DNA of 64,000 nucleotides from Salinivirgaceae bacterium (GCA_041664345.1 JBAYKX010000012.1:4781-68780), one strand, 5' to 3'; counted from the stretch's first letter, positions 1-10,099 are shown. Made by a program: numbers and translations. Notes: generated by a model from the sequence alone, not told the origin.

Positions 1-43
1 TATTCCCTTAGATACCACTCAATTTAAGGAAAACCTCTATGGC

Positions 44-514
44 ATGATTAATTTAACCTTTATTGCACGTGAAGAAAGCCCAATTGACCATGAACTGATG
101 GATCAGATTTTTGCTAATGCGCTGGCTGAATTTTATTCCGGGTATGTGCGCACCACCTATTTGCAACATTATCAGATTCCAGCTTATGAAAACCAGCCGA
201 TGTTTGCCCAGCAAAAAGAAGATTACTTAATACCCGTTGATGATAAGGACTATTACCTTATTGTTGAGGATGGCGAAGTGGTGTACAATTATTTTATTAA
301 TTCCGAAGAATTATTGAAAACCATCAACCACCCAAAAAACAAGGAGTTTTATTTATACTATGTGGAGAATAAAAAAAGAGTTCGGATTACAAGTTTTAAG
401 TCGGTAGGTAAAAAACAAATTTATTCAAACGTAAAAGCGGGCGACAAAATATTTATTCCGCCCGGAACAATTATAAAAACCCCAAAAGCCAACCTGGCAG
501 TTATGATTCGGTAG
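44..514 (+). CDS. hypothetical protein (156 aa from first ATG; possibly 5'-truncated by window edge)
   Basis: ORF track. Translating 2..43 in the same frame gives no stop, so the ORF may continue upstream of the window. No motif recognised. Confidence 0.4.
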   Translation: MINLTFIAREESPIDHELMDQIFANALAEFYSGYVRTTYLQHYQIPAYENQPMFAQQKEDYLIPVDDKDYYLIVEDGEVVYNYFINSEELLKTINHPKNKEFYLYYVENKKRVRITSFKSVGKKQIYSNVKAGDKIFIPPGTIIKTPKANLAVMIR

Positions 515-522
515 TTAACCGC

Positions 523-2460
523 TTAACGAATAGCTAGTTTCTTTGATATGGTTCCTTCAGTAGTTTCTATTCTTACGTAATAAATGCCATCCGGTATTTT
601 ACTTATGTTTACTTCTATTTTTTTTGATTGGTGCGTATATTTTTCCTGAAATAATTGTTTTCCTGAAACATCAACAATTTCAATACCGATAATAGGAGTG
701 TTTTTCCCCGATTTTATTATCAGCAAACTATTGGCCGGGTTGGGAGCAATGGAGATTGTTTTTTCTAGCTCTTCATTAGGAACACTTACAACAAATGTAG
801 CCGGATGGGGTGCAATAAGAGTATAATCCGGATCAAATTCAATACTGGTCACAAAGAAGCCCGGTTTGCATGTAAAGGATTGGTTATTTTGGGTATTGTG
901 AAATACCACAAGGCTTTGGTTTTCGGCACCTTTTAACAACAAAGGAACTTTCATAGCAAAAAAGGAGATAGAGGGATGGGTCGTTTTTTGAGAAATGGTT
1001 ATGTGAACGGTATCATTCACATCTTGACGCCACTCCAAACTATACTTAGGATACCCTTGGCCATAATACCAATCGTTGAAATAGGTCGTTAAATTGGTGT
1101 CGGCGGCGGCTTCTAAAAACTCTTTAACTTGCGTTGCTGAGGCAAAACCAGCTTTCGTATCAACATGATTAAGCAGGTTTTTAATTCCGGAAAAAAAAGC
1201 AGCATCACCCATTTGATTTCGCAATTGGTGAATTATTAATCCCCCTTTTTGATAGGTTAAAGCATAATTAAAAATTCGATTTATATCGGTGGTGTCTTCA
1301 ACATAGATACTTCCTGATTTGGCATTGGATATTACATATTCCATCCGGCCTTTTTTCCAACTTAAATAATTTTCCGGATGTAGATACTCCTGACACAGAC
1401 TTTCACAAAACACAGCAAACCCTTCGTTAACCCAGATGTCGTGCCAATTGGAGCAGGTAACATAATCGCCAAACCACTGGTGCGATAATTCATGGGCAAT
1501 TAAATCAGATGAAAACCCTCCCATGAACGACATGGTTTGATGCTCCATACCGCCGCCCCAGCCAAACTGGGCGTGGCCATATTTTTCTTTGTAAAAAGGA
1601 TAAGGAATAAACAAGGAACTATATAATTCAATGGCATCAACCGTATATTTAGCCATCGGCTCTGCCCATTCCAACGATTCTGGATACACATAATTAAGTA
1701 TCTCAACCGTATCGTTTTGTTCATTTACTTTTGCATAATCGGAAAAGGAGGAGTAATTGGTAACCGCTATGGCAACCAAATAAGCAGCAATCGGAAACCG
1801 ATGTTTCCAATAGGTTAGCTTGCTGTCTCCCGATATTTTTTCAAAAATAAGTTTACCGTTTGAACCCACTTTATTAACGGCTGGGGTTTTAACATAAATA
1901 TCAATGGAATCTATTTTATCGGTTAACGTTTGCTTGCAAGGCCACCATTCCTTTGCTCCATAAGGCTCCGATAAAGTCCAAAGGATTGGCTTATTATCAT
2001 GCATGTTGATTTCGAAAGAACCAAATCCGCTCCCCGACATTGGGATTCCCTGATAAAAAACGGTTACCGAATCAAGAATGCCGGCATTAAGCGCTGAAAG
2101 CAAATTAATTTTGAGCACCCCGGCTTGGTGGGTGAAGGATTGTTTTGTGTTATGATATAGAACACTGTCAGTAGTTAATTCATCAATCATATCAAAATGG
2201 ATGGCAGAAAAACTATTGGTAAGTGTTTTAAAATAAGAAGTAATGGAACCTTTGATATATAATTGGGAAGGGTCTACCTCCCAATAAATCCGGTGGTATA
2301 TAATATCATAATCAGCATGATTGTTGATTGCTTTAAAATTCATTTTTTGAGAAAAGGAACGCTTTTCACTTCGCTGAAGCGTATTAAAGTAGCTATTTTG
2401 ACCGATCACAACTTGAAACAAAAAGGTAATTGCAAATAGGAGCTGGACACGGATTTTCAT
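523..2460 (-). CDS. M1-family zinc aminopeptidase with T9SS C-terminal sorting domain
   Basis: HELSH...X18...E gluzincin motif (HELSHQWFGDYVTCSNWHDIWVNEG) and a GGMEH variant of the GxMEN exopeptidase motif. N-terminal signal peptide. C-terminal about 80 aa (IAPNPANS...GIYYVRIETTEGTISKKLAIR) typical of Por/T9SS CTD. Confidence 0.9.
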   Translation of the reverse strand: MKIRVQLLFAITFLFQVVIGQNSYFNTLQRSEKRSFSQKMNFKAINNHADYDIIYHRIYWEVDPSQLYIKGSITSYFKTLTNSFSAIHFDMIDELTTDSVLYHNTKQSFTHQAGVLKINLLSALNAGILDSVTVFYQGIPMSGSGFGSFEINMHDNKPILWTLSEPYGAKEWWPCKQTLTDKIDSIDIYVKTPAVNKVGSNGKLIFEKISGDSKLTYWKHRFPIAAYLVAIAVTNYSSFSDYAKVNEQNDTVEILNYVYPESLEWAEPMAKYTVDAIELYSSLFIPYPFYKEKYGHAQFGWGGGMEHQTMSFMGGFSSDLIAHELSHQWFGDYVTCSNWHDIWVNEGFAVFCESLCQEYLHPENYLSWKKGRMEYVISNAKSGSIYVEDTTDINRIFNYALTYQKGGLIIHQLRNQMGDAAFFSGIKNLLNHVDTKAGFASATQVKEFLEAAADTNLTTYFNDWYYGQGYPKYSLEWRQDVNDTVHITISQKTTHPSISFFAMKVPLLLKGAENQSLVVFHNTQNNQSFTCKPGFFVTSIEFDPDYTLIAPHPATFVVSVPNEELEKTISIAPNPANSLLIIKSGKNTPIIGIEIVDVSGKQLFQEKYTHQSKKIEVNISKIPDGIYYVRIETTEGTISKKLAIR

Positions 2461-2622
2461 AGCTTAAGAATTAGAATCATAAATATAGCAAACATTATAG
2501 TTTGGCATCAATAAAAGGATTAAATTTTATTAACCCTTTTATATAACGCCTAAATCAGAAGAGGAACTATTATTTTTCGATTATTTTTGCTACAATTTTT
2601 AAAATCATTTAAAAAGCAGCAC

Positions 2623-3633
2623 ATGGTTTTTGTAACCGGAGGAACAGGCTTGGTAGGAGCACGCCTGATTGTTGATTTAGTGGAAAGGGGTGAAGAGGTA
2701 ATGGCTTTAATCAGGCCGGGAACTTCAACCACCAAATTTGAGCAAATGGGAGGTTTTTACACCGACCAAATTCAACAAATAAGTAAAAAGGTACAATGGG
2801 TTGAAGGCGATTTGCTTGATATGGAAGGCTTACTAAGCATTATGCCTCAGAAAGCAAAAGTATATCACTGTGCTGCAATGGTTTCTTTTAATCCTTCGGA
2901 TGCAAAAAAGCTTTTTGAAACAAACGTTGATGGAACGGCTAATTTGGTAAACGCGTGCTTGGCAAAAAATGCAGTGAAGCTTTGCCACGTGAGCAGTATT
3001 GGGGCTCTGGGAGGAAAAATTATTGGTCAACCGATTGATGAAAACACACCTTGGTCGGCAACCGGCAAATCAGCCTATTCAATAAGCAAGTATAATTCTG
3101 AATTAGAAATATGGCGGGGAATGGCCGAAGGATTACCAGCCGTAATTGTAAATCCGGCGGTAATACTGGGTCCTGGATTGTGGAATCACGGAAGCGCCCA
3201 GTTTTTTAAAAGGGCGTATAAAGGGCAATCGTTTTATACGCTTGGTTCAACAAGTTATGTCGATGTTCGCGATGTAACCCGCGCCATGATTCTTTTAATG
3301 GAAAGCACCATTGAATCGGAACGGTTTGTTTTAGCCTCACAAACGCTCAACTACAAGGAATTGTTTGTTCAAATGGCAGAAGCTTTAAATTGCAAAGCAC
3401 CAAAACATTATGCCAGCAAACAGGTTACATGGGCTACTTGGCAAAGTTTATGGTTGTGGGAAAAAATATCAGGGAAAGCATCCTCATTTACAAAGAGCAA
3501 TCATCGCAGTGCACATGTAAAAGATAATTATTCCGGAAAAAAAACCACGAAATTTTTCGATTTTGAATATAAGCCAGTTGCAGAAACCATTCAGTTTGTT
3601 GCTGAAAAATTCAAAAAAGATCTCAACTTATAA
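2623..3633 (+). CDS. NAD-dependent epimerase/dehydratase family (extended SDR) protein
   Basis: Rossmann motif VFVTGGTGLVGARL right after the ATG at 2623. The track ORF starts at a TTG at 2587; the ATG is more plausible. YxxxK-like SISKY segment. Confidence 0.8.
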   Translation: MVFVTGGTGLVGARLIVDLVERGEEVMALIRPGTSTTKFEQMGGFYTDQIQQISKKVQWVEGDLLDMEGLLSIMPQKAKVYHCAAMVSFNPSDAKKLFETNVDGTANLVNACLAKNAVKLCHVSSIGALGGKIIGQPIDENTPWSATGKSAYSISKYNSELEIWRGMAEGLPAVIVNPAVILGPGLWNHGSAQFFKRAYKGQSFYTLGSTSYVDVRDVTRAMILLMESTIESERFVLASQTLNYKELFVQMAEALNCKAPKHYASKQVTWATWQSLWLWEKISGKASSFTKSNHRSAHVKDNYSGKKTTKFFDFEYKPVAETIQFVAEKFKKDLNL

Positions 3634-3641
3634 AAGAGGGA

Positions 3642-4487
3642 GTGTTTTACAATTCAAAACAGTTTTCAGTGAAAGCATTGTTTTTAGTTACCGGTATTCT
3701 GTTTTTTACTGCAACAATTAGTATCGCACAATGCTCGGTAAACAATACGGTATTTAATTCGGGCGAGGAAGCATACTATCAGGTTTATTATCACTTAGGA
3801 TTTATTTGGTTAAATGCTGCCGGTGTTTCTTTTAAAACAGAACCGCTTAGTTACGATGGGAAAAAAGGCTTTCATTTTACCAGTATTGGCAACACACACC
3901 CGAATTATAGCTGGATATATGAAGTTCGCGATCGTTTTGAATCGAAAGCCGATTCAGCTACTTTAAACCCAATCTGGTTTTCGAAAAACACCAGTGAAGG
4001 TGGAATACAAGCATACAATAGGTATGTGTTTGACCAAAAATATAGTAAAATATATACTCAAATTAAAAATGGCGATGAACCAATGAAAGCAGACACCCTT
4101 TTAATGAAGGGATGCGTTTTTGATTTGCTAACTGCTATTTATGCCTGTCGCAATTTAAACTTCGAAAACAAGAGAATTAACGACACCATTCCAATCAATT
4201 TGGCGATTGAAGATAAAATATATCCCTTGCATTTGCGTTATTTGGGGAAAGAGGAAATTTCAACCAATGATTCCAAAAGATACCGATGTCAGAAGTTTTC
4301 CATTTTGTTGGTCGAAGGGACGATTTTTAATGGAGGTGAGGATATGTTTGTTTGGGTATCGGACGACAAGGCGCGGGTTCCAATCCGCATTGAGGCAAAA
4401 ATATTGATAGGTTCCATTGAGGCAAATCTTGATAATCATAAAGGAAATAAATGGCCAATTACCGCCATCGTAAATCAAGAACAATGA
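3642..4487 (+). CDS. DUF3108-like secreted protein
   Basis: Signal peptide. Beta-rich sequence with the YYQVYYHLGFIWLNAAGVSF pattern that I associate with DUF3108. GTG start. Family call from memory only. Confidence 0.5.
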   Translation: MFYNSKQFSVKALFLVTGILFFTATISIAQCSVNNTVFNSGEEAYYQVYYHLGFIWLNAAGVSFKTEPLSYDGKKGFHFTSIGNTHPNYSWIYEVRDRFESKADSATLNPIWFSKNTSEGGIQAYNRYVFDQKYSKIYTQIKNGDEPMKADTLLMKGCVFDLLTAIYACRNLNFENKRINDTIPINLAIEDKIYPLHLRYLGKEEISTNDSKRYRCQKFSILLVEGTIFNGGEDMFVWVSDDKARVPIRIEAKILIGSIEANLDNHKGNKWPITAIVNQEQ

Positions 4488-4736
4488 AACTGGATTATCA
4501 GGCTGTAAGCCTGAAAGAACTCAGCCCGGTGCGCTGCACCGGGTATAATAATGGCAAGCGATTGTCGGCGCAAGCAGTATATCTAAATTGGAATTATGAA
4601 GAATCCATGTGCCGAAAACGGGAATTTCAAATTTCGGTTCTTAAATGCGGTTGCCCTGACCGGGTTTTTTTAACACCGTTGAATATTGTAAAAAAGTAAT
4701 AAATTTGTGCCCAAATAACGCCTAAATTTTAAAAAC

Positions 4737-5648
4737 GTGGATAACATTAAAGAATTCAATTCTGCTTCAGGAAAAAACACCGGACACATTATTATTATTG
4801 TTGTTTTATCAATACTAGTATTGGGGCTTGGATACCTCTACTTTAATCAGAAAAAAACAACCGAAGTAAAAATAGTTGAGCTTACCCAAGTGAGCCACGA
4901 AAAAGAAACAGTTACGTTTCAATATCAAAATTTATTGGATGATTACAACAGCTTGGAAACATCAAATGACAGCATCGCAAAACAGCTCAGCAGCGAGAAA
5001 GAGCGGATAAAAAAATTAATGGATCAGCTACGCACCACAAAAGCAGACAATAAAGAGCAAATAGAAAAATACAAAAAAGAGTTAAAAACGCTCCGCGACA
5101 TTATGAAAGGGTTCATTCATCAGATTGACTCCCTAAATACGGCAAACATAGAATTGACGGAAGAAAACACTCAAATTAAAAAACAAATTACCACAGCCAA
5201 AAAGGAAAATAAAAAGCTGAATGAAAGATATGAGGAGGCCGCAAACAAAGTAGCTATTGCTTCGGTTATAAAAGCCATTAATGTGAGTATGTTGTCGTTA
5301 AACAGCAAAGGAAAAGAAACAACAAGGGCAAAGAAAACAAAACGGTTTGCTATTGCTTTTGAATTGGATGAAAACGTGATTGCGGCAAAAGGAACAAAAA
5401 GCGTATATGTCCGGATTACAAACCCGAGTGAACATATTCTGATTCAGGATAACCAACCTGTTTTTTCGTATGAAGGGGAGGAAATTGCGTATTCGGCAGT
5501 ACGTCAAATTGAATACGATGGAAATACTACTAAAGCAATTGTATATTTTGAGAACACCGAAGAAGGGAGCCTAATTGAAGGGACTTACCGGGTCGATATT
5601 TTTTGCGATGGGAGCATGATTGGAACCGCAGCCAGTAGTTTAAAATAG
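4737..5648 (+). CDS. membrane-anchored coiled-coil protein, unknown function
   Basis: One N-terminal TM helix (HIIIIVVLSILVLGLGYLYF) followed by about 150 aa rich in K/E/Q heptad-like sequence. GTG start. Confidence 0.55.
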   Translation: MDNIKEFNSASGKNTGHIIIIVVLSILVLGLGYLYFNQKKTTEVKIVELTQVSHEKETVTFQYQNLLDDYNSLETSNDSIAKQLSSEKERIKKLMDQLRTTKADNKEQIEKYKKELKTLRDIMKGFIHQIDSLNTANIELTEENTQIKKQITTAKKENKKLNERYEEAANKVAIASVIKAINVSMLSLNSKGKETTRAKKTKRFAIAFELDENVIAAKGTKSVYVRITNPSEHILIQDNQPVFSYEGEEIAYSAVRQIEYDGNTTKAIVYFENTEEGSLIEGTYRVDIFCDGSMIGTAASSLK

Positions 5649-5848
5649 GAAAAAGGATTTTAGTCGAGTAATTAGGGGGATTGCTCCCTCGTCCTCTCTC
5701 CCCTCTGGAAATGATCTTGTATAGGGAGGGTTTCTTAAATTTTTTATCTGCCCGTAATTTAATGATATATAGTTACCGTACAAAATAGAACAACAATTCC
5801 TATATAAAAGAACAGAAAGACTACATCCACGACAACATGGTAGCCTGT

Positions 5849-6052
5849 TTAAATCTCAGTTTTATCAATGCCAGCCTGTTTAAGGAGGGAAAAGAAAAGA
5901 CCTTTAGACAGGTCTTTATTGCCGTGTACAGGAACTATTATAGTTTTGTCAGTTGCAGCATTGTAATATAAATGGTGACTGCCATTGGCACGTTTAAAAT
6001 AATAGCCTTTTTGTTCGAGTACTTTGATTAAGTTCTTAGCCGAAAAGTTCAT
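5849..6052 (-). CDS. hicA: HicA-family toxin (mRNA interferase)
   Basis: 67 aa. KVLEQKGYYFKRANGSHHLY...VPVHGNKDL pattern typical of HicA/YcfA. 4-nt ATGA overlap with the upstream HicB-like gene. Confidence 0.85.
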   Translation of the reverse strand: MNFSAKNLIKVLEQKGYYFKRANGSHHLYYNAATDKTIIVPVHGNKDLSKGLFFSLLKQAGIDKTEI

Positions 6053-6276
6053 GCCGTTTGCAAGTTTAAAGAGTATTCCAAAGTTTCGCTATCATCGGGA
6101 ATATCTTCGCCTCGCTCATGAAGCTCCTCAATATAAAGTTCAATCGCTTCTTTTGCCATTTGAATGGCATGTTCTACCGTCTCGCCAAAAGTCATACAGC
6201 CGGGCAACGCTGGCACCGAAACAGTATAAGAGCCTTCCGGTTCTTTGCGCATTAATATTTTATACGTTAGTTGCAT
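6049..6276 (-). CDS. hicB: HicB-family antitoxin (UPF0150 fold)
   Basis: 75 aa. EPEGSYTVSVPALPGCMTFGETVEHAIQMAKEAIELYIEEL is the classic HicB N-terminal domain. Overlaps hicA. Confidence 0.8.
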   Translation of the reverse strand: MQLTYKILMRKEPEGSYTVSVPALPGCMTFGETVEHAIQMAKEAIELYIEELHERGEDIPDDSETLEYSLNLQTA

Positions 6277-6344
6277 ATTGTTATTTTTAATGAGCTATTT
6301 GTAACGCATTTTGTAGTTTAATTATTAGTTTTTGTAGGTAACGG

Positions 6345-6785
6345 TTATTGTTTATCTAAAAACCCAACCAAAATTGATACGCAACCACTTTTTATTAGTT
6401 CCCCGGTATTTGATTCCGGTACGCTAACTTCAACCACCAATTGTTGTGTCGATTTGGTTCTAAAATCCCAGGTTTCAGTAAAATCGTGATCCTTGTTGGT
6501 AAATAGTTCCTGACCTTTTTCGTCAACCAAACGGAATACAATTTTTCCCAACTCTGGTGCAGCGCATACCACAATCCGGTAATCCTGATTGCTGTAAAAA
6601 GTTAACATTAACTCTGCTATATCACCTTCGTTGAGCACGGCGCTATTTAGCTGACCATTATAAATATACGGCTCAAGACGTGGTTTGCAGTCGTTTTTAG
6701 TAAATGTTTTACATTGAGCCGATGCAATAGAATTTATTCCTATCAAAAAGCCTAAAAGGAGAATAAATGTATGTACTGTTTTCAT
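6345..6785 (-). CDS. secreted hypothetical protein
   Basis: Signal peptide ending SIASAQ. Beta-rich. No recognised motif. Confidence 0.5.
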   Translation of the reverse strand: MKTVHTFILLLGFLIGINSIASAQCKTFTKNDCKPRLEPYIYNGQLNSAVLNEGDIAELMLTFYSNQDYRIVVCAAPELGKIVFRLVDEKGQELFTNKDHDFTETWDFRTKSTQQLVVEVSVPESNTGELIKSGCVSILVGFLDKQ

Positions 6786-6821
6786 AGTTTCGGTTTTTGA
6801 ATTCTTGATTAAAATCGGGAA

Positions 6822-7709
6822 TTACGATACAATTTTTGTTCGGATTTCACCGATAAGGTTTTTTATTTCATTCAGCTGTTCTTTGGTAATTTGTATATTG
6901 GTTTCGCTTTCAATCGATGTAATTTTGGTGTCCTGATCGGTTACAATTACTGATTTATCGCGGGTTATGGTTACGTTGCTATAAACCAACACTAATTTTT
7001 CAAAAAAGGGATAAATCTCGGCAAAAGCGCCGTTATCTTTATATTCTTCAATTAAGGAAATCAAGTTTTCAAGTGAATATTTTTGTTCGGCAATACTGCT
7101 AATTAACGCTTGATTGTTTTGATTGCTTTGAAGGTTAACGGCAAAATGCATTCCCTCTACCCATCCGCCAATAAGAATTAAGGCAGCGGTAAGTTCCCGA
7201 TCGTTTTCTTTTAAATAACCATCAGCTTCAGAATATGTTTCTGATATTATTTGAAAGATGGAATCGCGGTTTCCAATATTCTCTTCTATGCGGTTGATAG
7301 TCTCGGCTCCGGCATCTTCCGGAATTTGAAGTTGTGTGGTTAATTTACGGATAACCGCTAAATAGGCAATAGCCGATTGAAGTTGATCGTAAACACGGCA
7401 ATAGCACAAATCGGCACCATAAACGCCAAAGTTTAAAGCTAAATCGGACGACGAACTATAATTGCTCAAATTGGAAACAGGATTGAGTAGTTCTTGGTTA
7501 AAAGCACTTTTTGTAGCCAGAATGGTTTGAGTTATTTCAATGGGAGAAGGCAAATTAAAAAACACCTTTTTTACCGTTTTTTCATTATCCAATTCTTTTT
7601 CAGAATCAAAGGAAAGAACATCCTTTTTTTGTGTTTCTTTTTTATTGTTACAGCTTGAAACAATGAATGCTGAAAAAACCAATAAAAAGAGAATTTTTAA
7701 GTGCTTCAT
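6822..7709 (-). CDS. hypothetical lipoprotein
   Basis: Lipobox-like FIVSSC at the N-terminus. Predicted helical. No recognised motif. Confidence 0.5.
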   Translation of the reverse strand: MKHLKILFLLVFSAFIVSSCNNKKETQKKDVLSFDSEKELDNEKTVKKVFFNLPSPIEITQTILATKSAFNQELLNPVSNLSNYSSSSDLALNFGVYGADLCYCRVYDQLQSAIAYLAVIRKLTTQLQIPEDAGAETINRIEENIGNRDSIFQIISETYSEADGYLKENDRELTAALILIGGWVEGMHFAVNLQSNQNNQALISSIAEQKYSLENLISLIEEYKDNGAFAEIYPFFEKLVLVYSNVTITRDKSVIVTDQDTKITSIESETNIQITKEQLNEIKNLIGEIRTKIVS

Positions 7710-7993
7710 ATCATATAGGTTAATTAATTTATTTTAAAAAAAACCATCATTTGTTCAAAAGTAAGGAATTATGTTGTTTTATTATAATCATTTATCGAAA
7801 AAAAGAAACTTAGCTGAAAACAGGATTAATTTATCTTGTTCAATTGCCTATTCCATCAAAACATAAAAACCTGATAACCATTAAGCTGATGGTTTTTTTA
7901 AAACGCTTAGGGAGCAAGAATTTATTCTGCGATAAATAAAATGAGTCGTGATTCAATAAAACCAACAAACAACTCCTTAAATTCCGGCTTGGG

Positions 7994-8673
7994 TTAAAAA
8001 GAAAAATTAAGATTCAACCCAAAAATGTATTCTTTTTTAGGTTTAATCAGAGAATAGGATTTTTCATTCAAACGATAGTAAGTCTCCACGGTACAGTATT
8101 TGGTTATTGGATATCCCAGCCCGGCAGTATATCGGACTTTTTGAATGCTGTTTTCAACCGGATTGTTTAAACTTTCGTACAGTTCAATTTCTGCAAAAGG
8201 GTATAAAGGAGTTTTGGCAATGTTATATTTTACCGAAAACTTATGCCTCAAATGCTGGGGATAAAAGGTGCTGAATTTGTCCTGTGAGGGCGGCTGAAAA
8301 ACGATTTGATAACGCACCCGATAACCTAATGTAAATCGTCCGGGTTATAACGAAAGTTTAAATCGGTATAAATGCGGTGGTTTGATAGGGTTTGTTCTTC
8401 TATATCATACCCTAAAGTATATCGGTAGGCTGCTCCCACGCGAAACCAGGAATTAATTTTGTATTGCAACCCAACAACCGTGATATAGGAACTCAATTGA
8501 CTGGCATTGTTATCAAAACGGATTTCCTGTTCACCAGATGCTGTTAAAGCATCAGTCAATTTCCAATCAATAGAAACCGCGTTCCAGCTTTGAAAATCCT
8601 TTATTTGAGCAGTTAAAACCGAGGATACAAGGCACCAAAAAAACAAGAATGTGAGGGTTAGTTTTTTATTCAT
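7994..8673 (-). pseudogene. DUF2490-like outer-membrane beta-barrel protein, split by a frameshift near 8329-8350
   Basis: Two adjacent same-strand ORFs (8326..8694 and 7994..8317) in different frames. The first has a signal peptide (MNKKLTLTFLFFWCLVSSVLTAQ from the ATG at 8673). Both show alternating beta-strand patterns ending in ...LNLNFSF. Frame 2 reads PGRFTLGYRVRYQ directly across the frame-1 stop. Confidence 0.6.
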
Positions 8674-9349
8674 TGGTAATGGTTCTGTAATCAATATCTT
8701 CTTCGGATCCCCAAGTTTGATTGCTTTTCATAAAATAGACGAGAATTTTAGCGGTATCTCTTTGAAAATTCACATTGCTGATTGAAACCCGTGATATTTT
8801 CATTCCTAAGCGAGCTTCTAAATCGGCTATCAATTCAGCTTTCCTATCGGGAGTTACCAGTTCAATTTTTTCATAATTAACAACGGTATATGATTCGTTA
8901 GCAATGTTTTTAATCTTTTCAATAAAATAGGAAATTCCAAAAATAACAACATTTGCAAACACCAATTCGGCATAGCTGATTTTTTTATTCGACAATGCAT
9001 TAATAACCGATAAACCAATAACTACAAACAAATAGGTCATTTCTTTAATTGGAATGGAAATGGTACGATAGCGGATGATTCCGAAAACGGCGAATAACCC
9101 AAGGGCAAAACCCAATTGCAGTTTTACGCTTTCAAGCAGGTAACAAAGTAAAAAAATGACAATTCCAAATAAGAGAAAAGTAAATAAAAAATCGCGGCGA
9201 TGTGTTTTTGGATAATAAACGTACCGTACTATTATAAAAGTAAAAACAAAATTGAACAAAAAACGGAGGATTAATTCAATAAGCGAATTAACGTTGAGCA
9301 ACGGAACACCAAAAATCTCCGATGCCTGACTAATTTGTAACAGGTTCAT
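8666..9349 (-). CDS. DUF4956-like multi-pass membrane protein
   Basis: 4-5 hydrophobic helices followed by a soluble C-terminal domain. Overlaps the upstream VTC gene by 20 nt and the downstream barrel gene by 8 nt. Family call from memory of the conserved VTC-DUF4956 pairing. Confidence 0.6.
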   Translation of the reverse strand: MNLLQISQASEIFGVPLLNVNSLIELILRFLFNFVFTFIIVRYVYYPKTHRRDFLFTFLLFGIVIFLLCYLLESVKLQLGFALGLFAVFGIIRYRTISIPIKEMTYLFVVIGLSVINALSNKKISYAELVFANVVIFGISYFIEKIKNIANESYTVVNYEKIELVTPDRKAELIADLEARLGMKISRVSISNVNFQRDTAKILVYFMKSNQTWGSEEDIDYRTITNE

Positions 9350-10097
9350 AATTCAATTTATTTAAATAAGTTATAGTAGGTTTGAATGAGTTTTGTTTAA
9401 GTTTTGGGTTTAGTAAAGCCACGCCAATGCAATATTTGCTGAACCCGCGCTGATAGATTCGGTTTGTTTTAAGAATCTTAAAGAAAGGGGAACTTCCGGT
9501 TTGCTTTTCCCGTTTCACTTCGGCAATGGCAACATGGTTAAGTGAGGTTTTTCCAAATTGGTTTTCCATGGTTAAGCCAAAATCAAGGGTAATGCGCTCA
9601 TTGCTTTCAAAAGAAATTAAGGTTATCCGATTAAAAAAATTGGTTGACGAAACATGCAACGATCGTTCCTTTAATGGCACAACCGATTCAATAAACTGAT
9701 AATGTGGTTCGCTAAGTTGAGACTCTTCGCACACCTCAATTCTACTTTTTAATGTTTTTTCTTTATTGGTTTTTCGCTTAATTTCCAAAAAGGTGGTTCC
9801 CGATTGAGTATAGGTTCGATACCGAATTTTATATCTACTGAGCCGCTGGTTATGATGTTCTAAGTATAAGCTCATTTCCGGCGAATCAAGGTATTCGGTT
9901 TTATACAAAAACGATCGTTGGTTTTCTATTTCCAGAATTTGATAAAATGCGCTGGCTTCTTTTAAAATGATGGGCAATAAATGAATAGGCAATACAAACT
10001 TGCTGTCCATTCGGTTCATTAGCTTAAGATGATTAAGCTGGTTGAGATTTACCGGACGAAATAGTGTTAACAGTTCCGAATAGGAATTGGCATTCAT
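9330..10097 (-). CDS. VTC-domain (polyphosphate polymerase-like, CYTH/triphosphate-tunnel) protein
   Basis: RMDSKFVLP..., YKTEYLDSP..., SRYKIRYRTY...TFLEIKRKTNKEKTLKSR, AIAEVKRE. Alternating basic/acidic beta-strand pattern characteristic of triphosphate tunnel / VTC catalytic domains. Confidence 0.65.
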   Translation of the reverse strand: MNANSYSELLTLFRPVNLNQLNHLKLMNRMDSKFVLPIHLLPIILKEASAFYQILEIENQRSFLYKTEYLDSPEMSLYLEHHNQRLSRYKIRYRTYTQSGTTFLEIKRKTNKEKTLKSRIEVCEESQLSEPHYQFIESVVPLKERSLHVSSTNFFNRITLISFESNERITLDFGLTMENQFGKTSLNHVAIAEVKREKQTGSSPFFKILKTNRIYQRGFSKYCIGVALLNPKLKQNSFKPTITYLNKLNYEPVTN

Positions 10098-10099
10098 TA

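Noticed and set aside
4451-4699. 82-aa + strand ORF in the DUF3108 / coiled-coil intergenic region
   Set aside because: Starts inside the preceding gene. The Cys/Arg-rich peptide coincides with GC-rich hairpins. Better explained as structured non-coding sequence (reported as a finding).
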